Part shown: positions 61,201-64,000 of the stretch, piece after piece
How positions within the stretch are numbered: the first letter of the stretch is position 1
Layout of the letters: every line of letters begins with the position of its first letter
Source of the DNA: Camelus ferus
Taxonomy: Eukaryota
Length of the DNA: 64,000 bases
Assembly (NCBI RefSeq): GCF_009834535.1
Contig: NC_045696.1
Coordinates: 47,122,001 to 47,186,000, forward strand
Reading direction: 5' to 3'
Made by a program: the position numbers and the translations under genes
The notes under the pieces: generated by a model
What the model was told of the DNA's origin: nothing
What the model saw: only the letters and a program-made list of their open reading frames with translations
Database searches by the model: none

Positions 61201-64000
61201 ATGTGAAGACTTTAGATAGTTTCTTATCTCTCATTGCTTCCAGTTGGTCCAGAAAGCCAGCTTTTAAAAACACCTAAAAGAAATAAGTCAGATGTTAGTT
61301 CCACTCATCAATGGGCATTCAGTAAATGTCTGTTGAATGACCCTATGAGCAACTGATATCAGTTTATCAGTTCTATTTCTAATTAAGTTTTACTTAATGT
61401 ATAAAATATAAATTCTAGAAAGTTTGGTTTTATAAATCCAAACTTTGCAAAAACAAAAACAAAACAAAACCCCACAACTTTAATTATACTGCGGTTATAT
61501 TCTTTCTTTAAGAACTTAGACTGTCCTTATTTATAGCCTAGGTTGTACTGGGAACTTGGTTTAAGACAGGCCTAGGCAGGGGTCTGCAAACATTTTCTGT
61601 AAAGGGCCAGATAGTAAATATTTCTAGGCTTTGCAGACCACACACAGTCTCTGTGGTGCCTTCACCTTTGCCTCCACCTTCCTTCCCTACCCTCTTCCTC
61701 CTCCTCTTCTTTTATTTATTCTATTTCTTCTTCTTTCTCTTTAAAAATGACCTTTGAAAAGTGTCAAATCATTTTTAGCTATTGGACCATATGAAAAAAT
61801 AAGCTATGGATATGACCCTTTGGGGCATAGTTTGCCGGCCTTTGCCCTAGAGAAAAGTTACTTTCTTCTTAGATTAAAAAAAAAAAAAATCCACATAAAT
61901 ATTTTTTTAAAAATCATTAGTAGTGACCAGGATGAGGTGAGTGAGGTACCTAAGGCATAAATTTTAAGGAAGCACTCACATTCAGGGTTGTACAATACAA
62001 CCATAAGAATGAGTACCTCCTTAAATTTTGTAACTTAAGATGCTCTCTTACCTCATACTAGTCTCGGCCTAGATGAGTGGTATACAGCAAAAATAACTAA
62101 ATACACAAGGAAGCAAGGCACCAGTAGCAAAATTCAGTAGAAGCAAAGAACAGAAGAAACAGACTCTTAGGTACTCAAAATGTGGGAGTTGAGTAACATA
62201 TAATCATGTCCAACAGAGTTCTTTTTCTGTGAGCCCTTCACCCCAGACCCTCCAATTCTCCTTCAAATAATTTAGTTCTTATATGGATGTCACTAGAAAC
62301 AACCTGCTATTGACTGTCAGACAAAATGAAATCAAGTCAGAAGTTTCCCAAAATATATGGGTCATACCAAGATAATCTAAGATGAAGCAGGTTTTAGTTA
62401 ATCACATTTAAGGACGTTACGTTTGGATTAATTTTTTGGATAGCGGGGTTAATCTTAAACTTTTTAGTTACTCAGACAGTCATCTGGAATTAATTTCCTA
62501 AAAGAGTATTTGTGGCTGAATCAGTTCACATGCAGACAAGCAATAACTCCAATAAGTTGACTCAATTTTCTATAGCTCTGATGTGAATACACATTTTCTA
62601 GCCCACTAATGTTGATTCAGTATTTTATATCTTGGCACTAAATTGCTTAGATAAATAATTACCAAAATATAAATGTAGTCAAGACTGAGGTTCAAGAAAC
62701 ATTGAATTTTTTTCTCAAATAGTGCTGACATTTCCACTTTCCGCAGAGCTCTATTTGTATTATTTGTGGTCACAAGAACTGCAGAATGCCTTATAACTGC
62801 ACTTCTTTGGGAATTTTAAAATACACCCAGTTTCCTCCCACTCTTCTCTAAGTGCACTCTTTGTAGTTTTCCAGTTACCTTAGTGATTCCAAAGTGGTAC
62901 TGGGTATGGTCTGTATCCAAGGAGCGAAGAAATTCTTCAGTTGCTTTTCTGTTGCTCACAAACTTGCTCTTTGGAAAGGCCCTTGGGTTCAGAATGTAGT
63001 ACCTAATTTAAAATAGGTCAAGGATAAATCTTGAGGTCAGGGGTTATATGATTCAAATAAAGAATAACCTGGACAAGTGAGTGAAAGGAGGAACAGTCTT
63101 CTACCTCTCCCACCAATATGTTCAATTTCCATAAAACTCTTGGCAATATTAATGAGAATATGAGCAATAATTCCTTACTTTGGTGTAATGGTTTGTACTT
63201 TTCAGAGTGCCTTAGAGACAACATCACTTGATTCTCTGCTCAATTAGGGAGGGAGGGAGAGGTTGAGAGGGGAAAGAGATAGAAAGAGGCAGGCTTAAGT
63301 ATCTCTATTGTATGGAAAAGAAACTGAAAAGCCAAGACATTAAAAGTCTTTTCTAAGATTCCCTCACCCTAATGGTGAACCGGTGGAGAGCTAGAAATAG
63401 GCTTCTTAATTCTGAAACAGGTACTTTGTCTATTCTACTTTGCTCACATTTGCTTGATGATCTATAATTTACACTTTTAGAATTTGGGAAATAGAAAGCA
63501 AAGATGCCTCTCCTGCCTCCTGCTGCACAACCTGCTGGCTTCCTTCTTTTCACAGCCTAGCTAGTAAAGTAACAGCCTGCTTGGATGGCAGCTACGATTG
63601 AGTATATACAACATTTCAGAGATTCAATTCAGCCTCCATATCTTTCTTCTCTATATATTTCTTCTATATGTGGGTCTATTATCCAGTAATAGAGATTTAA
63701 GGATATTACAGCTACACGGATGTTGGATTTAAGGGGAAATAATAATGGAACTCTGTCACCGTATATCTCACCACCACCAAAACACATCGATCTGCCGTCT
63801 GGAGGATATCAACCAAACAAACAATGCATGCCTAAACACTCAGAAAGAGGGGAAACAAAATGGACCGCCTCAGGCTTCTTGGATCCTGGGATGTATGTTT
63901 ACCTTTGTTTAAAATCAGCATATAGCAGCCGGTTTGGAAAACCTTCACAGTATATTCTGACCCCTTCTAAGACACCATTACAGCGCAGCTGTTGTAGAAC
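1577..64000 (-). CDS. MYH15: Myosin heavy chain 15 (sarcomeric class II myosin), partial multi-exon CDS; 20 exons in window, both gene ends outside
   Basis: Spliced exons give one open frame of 1165 codons: LRCNGVLEG (SH2), FGITKVFLKAG (converter), [20 protein letters not shown] (RLC IQ/hinge), then heptad rod. Exon sizes follow the sarcomeric MYH pattern. The divergent rod and motifs such as [30 protein letters not shown] and [12 protein letters not shown] resemble MYH15 as I recall it rather than MYH6/7/7B, and the long introns fit MYH15. Confidence 0.92.
2235..2425 (-). mobile_element. L2 LINE 3' fragment
   Basis: cattcattcagcaaatatttga...gcctacta...ggatacagcaaggaacaaaac is the reverse complement of the L2 3' tail. 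Boundaries approximate. Confidence 0.65.
4238..4408 (-). CDS. MYH15: MYH15 exon, 171 nt, LMM including skip-4 region
   Basis: [72 protein letters not shown]. Confidence 0.95.
4601..5305 (+). mobile_element. 5'-truncated L1 (ORF2 end, 3'UTR, A tail) with 15-bp TSD
   Basis: aacagtatggaggttccttaaaaaactaaaaatagag..tatgatccagcaatccc; TSD agatagcagtagcta 4586-4600 vs agacagcagtagcta 5306-5320; internal 14-bp tandem duplication at 5057-5084. Confidence 0.92.
5161..5234. repeat. (TA)n/(TATG)n microsatellite inside L1 3'UTR
   Basis: Seen directly. Confidence 0.9.
7225..7350 (-). CDS. MYH15: MYH15 exon, 126 nt, LMM
   Basis: [57 protein letters not shown]. Confidence 0.95.
8634..9271 (+). mobile_element. 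ERV (probably ERV1 class) solo LTR
   Basis: Starts TGTTAGAGCAGGCAGATAGCTAGA, has AATAAA at 9186-9191, then a U5-like tctgaattctttctg...aagaacc, and ends in CA. No clean TSD seen. Confidence 0.7.
9394..9560. mobile_element. MER5A-like hAT-Charlie MITE
   Basis: cggcagcatcacc...gattctaattcagtgggtctgggg...aaagtttcagaaaccctg. Confidence 0.6.
9813..10020. mobile_element. MER20-like hAT-Charlie element
   Basis: ggcattctgggtggggcaattctttgtg...caaccaaaatgatcccacagacatttctaaatacccc. Confidence 0.7.
10025..10590 (+). mobile_element. Degraded L2
   Basis: cagcagagtaaacttcctaaaatg...aaaattcttcagt; ends ataaatgtttgttgaatga. Confidence 0.6.
10962..11435 (+). mobile_element. MaLR solo LTR (MLT1B/C-like)
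   Basis: cctcagaatatgac..ggaaacagggtctttacagagataatcaagtt..cctaatccaatatgact..ccaccactagaagct-like core..agaactgtgagaaaaataactttctgttgtttgaagcc..aactgatgca. Confidence 0.85.
11590..11793 (-). CDS. MYH15: MYH15 exon, 204 nt, LMM
   Basis: [52 protein letters not shown]...NLFHTQ. Confidence 0.95.
12015..12207 (-). CDS. MYH15: MYH15 exon, 193 nt, LMM
   Basis: [61 protein letters not shown]...QIQIK. Confidence 0.95.
12790..13140 (+). mobile_element. Old MaLR LTR (MLT1I/J-like)
   Basis: atttcccagccctcttgcagt..gtgactgaattctgactaatggactgtgagcggaagtg..aaaataaacttt. Confidence 0.6.
13676..14083 (+). mobile_element. MaLR solo LTR (MLT1A/B-like)
   Basis: ggctgaattgtgtccc..tatgttgaagtcct..tatttggagatagggcctttaaagaggtgattaagttaaatgagg..gccgacatcttgatcttgaacctccagcct. 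Confidence 0.85.
14968..15138. mobile_element. MER58A-like hAT MITE
   Basis: ggcaaactgtgggctatgggccaaatccagcc...gagtagctgcaacagagac..ggcctgcaaagccaaaaata..aaaaagtttgcc. Confidence 0.75.
17797..17912 (-). CDS. MYH15: MYH15 exon, 116 nt, LMM
   Basis: [52 protein letters not shown](R). Confidence 0.94.
18269..18510 (+). mobile_element. Short L1 3'UTR end with A tail
   Basis: Aligns with 41690-41890 and 5040-5300 of this window (tactgtatagcac.gggaacta.attcaa..tgctgtacacc.gaaattgacaca). Confidence 0.88.
20064..20213 (+). mobile_element. tRNA-derived SINE (camelid Vic-1 type)
   Basis: GGGGGGAGGGTATAGCTCAAGTGG (A box)..GGGTTCAATCCCCAG (B box)..(AAAT)n..ACCTAATTACCTCC..polyA; TSD aaaggtgggtcaaga 20049-20063 / aagggtgggtcaaga 20215-20229. 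Confidence 0.92.
20646..20810. mobile_element. MER5A/B MITE nested within an L2 fragment (about 20578-20870)
   Basis: cagtgcttctcaaa..gatcttgttaaaatgcagattctgattcag..atttctaacaagctcc; the L2 motif gttcta|ggcactggagata is split by the insertion. Confidence 0.75.
20890..21045 (+). mobile_element. MIR SINE
   Basis: tctctgagcctcaatttcctcatttgtaaaatgagga..ataatgcatataaagcactcagcatagtgccaggcacgtag (MIR core). Confidence 0.8.
21119..21243 (-). CDS. MYH15: MYH15 exon, 125 nt, LMM
   Basis: [56 protein letters not shown]. Confidence 0.95.
22082..22340. mobile_element. MER5A-like MITE, preceded by a partial related copy
   Basis: gcagcagcac..cttgttagaaatgcaaatt..cctagacttactggatcaggaactctgaggatggggcccagc..gttttaacaagtccc. 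Confidence 0.75.
23388..23737 (-). CDS. MYH15: MYH15 exon, 350 nt, LMM
   Basis: [37 protein letters not shown]...[12 protein letters not shown]. Confidence 0.95.
24760..25020 (+). mobile_element. Older L1 (L1MA/MB-like) 3' end
   Basis: aataatactgtattgta..ttgaaggttgctatgagagtagag..tatcaattatatctcaataaagctgg + A-rich tail. Confidence 0.8.
25128..25233. mobile_element. hAT-Blackjack MITE (MER81/MER94-like)
   Basis: Terminal inverted repeats gggtgaccaactg ... caattgatcacct; internal gggcaaactggac. Confidence 0.6.
26885..27081 (-). CDS. MYH15: MYH15 exon, 197 nt, LMM
   Basis: [47 protein letters not shown]...[20 protein letters not shown](K). Confidence 0.96.
27575..27795. mobile_element. MER3-like hAT-Charlie element
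   Basis: tccaatagggtagccacaagccatgtggctactgaacattcaaaatgtg..ttttacttaattttaattaat..tttaaattt. Confidence 0.7.
28154..28296 (+). mobile_element. Vic-1 type SINE inserted in an L2 fragment (about 28095-28730)
   Basis: gagggaggttatagctcagtgg..gggctcaatccccagtacctcc..aaacctaattacc; TSD agaagtaaatgagacg 28138-28153 / agaagtaaataagatg 28297-28312. Confidence 0.9.
28871..29022 (+). mobile_element. Vic-1 type SINE
   Basis: ggggagggtatagctcagtggtagagtgcatgcttagcatgc..ttcaatccccagcacctc; perfect TSD aaatgtatatac 28859-28870 / 29023-29034. Confidence 0.92.
29626..29744 (-). CDS. MYH15: MYH15 exon, 119 nt, rod
   Basis: TAG|GT, AAA|GTAATG; (G)[39 protein letters not shown]. Confidence 0.93.
30678..35763 (-). 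mobile_element. Charlie1 (Charlie1a-like) hAT transposon, about 1.37 kb, split by an L1 insertion
   Basis: Degenerate TIRs caggaattctcaaa (30678) and tttgagaagctctg (35763); Charlie1 end motif ttttggtctcag..cttaaaaattatt.gggacccca; the halves 30678-31393 and 35104-35763 rejoin across the L1 TSD. Confidence 0.8.
31394..35090 (+). mobile_element. L1 with 5'UTR, partial ORF1, large internal deletion, degraded ORF2 3' half, 3'UTR and A tail
   Basis: caagatggaggag..gaccctgagctcacctcctcc 5' end; ORF1 start ATG at 32513 ([30 protein letters not shown]); ORF2 resumes near 33010 ([19 protein letters not shown]); TSD aaaagtctttaag / aaaagccttcaag. Confidence 0.9.
36920..37450 (-). mobile_element. L2 fragments
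   Basis: gtgaacaaggcaaagacccttgccct..tgcctggtatgttcaaaacacagcaaagaggtccatgtg..gaggtcagagagataacggggcc. Confidence 0.65.
37786..37912 (-). CDS. MYH15: MYH15 exon, 127 nt, rod
   Basis: AAG|GCT acceptor, G|GTAAGT donor; [42 protein letters not shown](G). Confidence 0.93.
38680..38724. repeat. Three-unit short tandem repeat (catccagaYttttgt)
   Basis: Units start at 38680, 38697 and 38712. Confidence 0.8.
41114..41912. mobile_element. 5'-inverted (twin-primed) L1 insertion
   Basis: 41114-41425 is antisense ORF2 C-terminus ([24 protein letters not shown]); 41422-41912 is sense 3' end; perfect TSD gaattcagaaaca 41101-41113 / 41913-41925. Confidence 0.93.
42639..43104 (+). mobile_element. MaLR solo LTR (MLT1G/H-like)
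   Basis: tgtgggagctagtctctaaaggtggccc..gcagcttctgctttggtctcctggaatac..tgccatgtgagaagtcc..aataaaatgttgttctaagc..aatagatgactgaaca. Confidence 0.75.
44491..44880 (-). CDS. MYH15: MYH15 exon, 390 nt, rod
   Basis: [34 protein letters not shown]...[13 protein letters not shown]...EQTARAK. Confidence 0.96.
46868..46958 (-). CDS. MYH15: MYH15 exon, 91 nt, rod
   Basis: [43 protein letters not shown]. Confidence 0.93.
47050..48750 (-). mobile_element. Old L1M fragments with a younger L1MA-type 3' piece (about 48090-48535) nested inside
   Basis: tcctttgcccatttttctgtt..cagttgcaaatatttctccca (old part); gcagatctctagaactta..tttctatgagtttgact..cacataagtggaatcatgcagtattt (younger part). Confidence 0.75.
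49946..50091 (-). CDS. MYH15: MYH15 exon, 146 nt, S2
   Basis: [62 protein letters not shown](R). Confidence 0.95.
50375..50760 (-). mobile_element. L3/CR1 fragment
   Basis: ttccagtgatgggaagctcacttc..ggcagctcatttca..ctctgtaaattcatccca..gctctgctccctgga resembles the reverse complement of the CR1/L3 3' region. Confidence 0.55.
50956..51022. repeat. (TG)n microsatellite
   Basis: Seen directly. Confidence 0.95.
51811..51987 (-). CDS. MYH15: MYH15 exon, 177 nt, S2
   Basis: [51 protein letters not shown]...LEQHVNE. Confidence 0.95.
52171..52203. repeat. (CA)n microsatellite
   Basis: Seen directly; about 180 nt upstream of the acceptor at 51987, read as (UG)n in the pre-mRNA. Confidence 0.95.
53077..53319 (-). 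CDS. MYH15: MYH15 exon, 243 nt, S2
   Basis: [42 protein letters not shown]...EKHATEHK. Confidence 0.95.
54979..55450 (+). mobile_element. ERV solo LTR
   Basis: tatcagtaaacaaaggatg..; internal repeat gaactcaagac/gactcaggatg; AATAAA at 55404-55409 followed by cataactctcaacttttaggttgtg..ttcagtca (U5-like). Confidence 0.7.
56271..56437. mobile_element. MER5-family MITE
   Basis: TIR-like ends caatggttctca ... ggttgaaaacagctg; internal gagcctaggcatc..tgatgcaaagccaagg. Confidence 0.6.
56920..57175 (-). CDS. MYH15: MYH15 exon, 256 nt, RLC-binding IQ, head-rod proline, start of S2
   Basis: [48 protein letters not shown]...[11 protein letters not shown]. Confidence 0.96.
57465..57514. repeat. (AAAC)n microsatellite
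   Basis: Seen directly. Confidence 0.95.
58050..59780 (+). mobile_element. Ancient, heavily deleted L1 (L1M/L1ME-like)
   Basis: Remnant ORF2 peptides [27 protein letters not shown] (compare PGPDGFTGEFYQ..NSFYEASITLI) and [14 protein letters not shown] (compare KNHMIISIDAEKAF); aaattgtagtatattcatacaatggaat near the end. Confidence 0.8.
61137..61273 (-). CDS. MYH15: MYH15 exon, 137 nt, end of converter and ELC-binding IQ
   Basis: [59 protein letters not shown](R). Confidence 0.95.
61577..61844. mobile_element. MER58B/C-like hAT MITE
   Basis: caggggtctgcaaacattttctgtaaagggccagatagtaaatattt..ggctttgcagacca ... catagtttgccggcctttg. Confidence 0.8.
61920..62070. mobile_element. MER96-like palindromic hAT MITE
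   Basis: Long imperfect palindrome: gaggtacctaaggcataaattttaaggaagcactca ... tgagtacctccttaaattttg..ttacctca. Confidence 0.7.
62879..63002 (-). CDS. MYH15: MYH15 exon, 124 nt, converter
   Basis: TAG|G acceptor, AAG|GTAACT donor; [41 protein letters not shown]. Confidence 0.95.
63903..64000 (-). CDS. MYH15: MYH15 exon, truncated by window edge: SH2-SH1 helix
   Basis: Translates [32 protein letters not shown](R); donor AAG|GTAAAC, phase 2. Confidence 0.95.

Noticed and set aside
1..64000. A novel multi-gene system, nested gene, or prokaryotic-type element (CRISPR, operon)
   Set aside because: The sequence is explained by one known myosin gene plus standard mammalian repeats; the remaining short ORFs show no homology that I can recognise.

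Overview
Mammalian genomic DNA, very likely camelid given three Vic-1-type tRNA-derived SINEs. The whole window lies inside one minus-strand gene encoding a sarcomeric class II myosin heavy chain, best identified as MYH15. I traced 20 coding exons by hand: 19 complete and one cut by the right edge, totalling 3495 nt = 1165 codons. All junctions seen are GT-AG, phases match and there are no stop codons. The exons run from the SH2-SH1 helix through converter, IQ lever arm, S2 and most of the LMM rod; both ends of the gene lie outside the window. Introns are filled with ordinary repeats (L1, L2, L3/CR1, MIR, MaLR and ERV solo LTRs, hAT MITEs, microsatellites). I found no new biological system. 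The most interesting points are: (1) the SH1 motif reads VRIYCEG instead of IRICRKG; (2) the intron pattern differs from MYH7; (3) a twin-primed inverted L1; (4) an internally deleted L1 nested in a Charlie1 transposon; (5) a few candidate regulatory motifs. Repeat subfamily names and reference exon sizes or residue numbers are from memory and need database confirmation.
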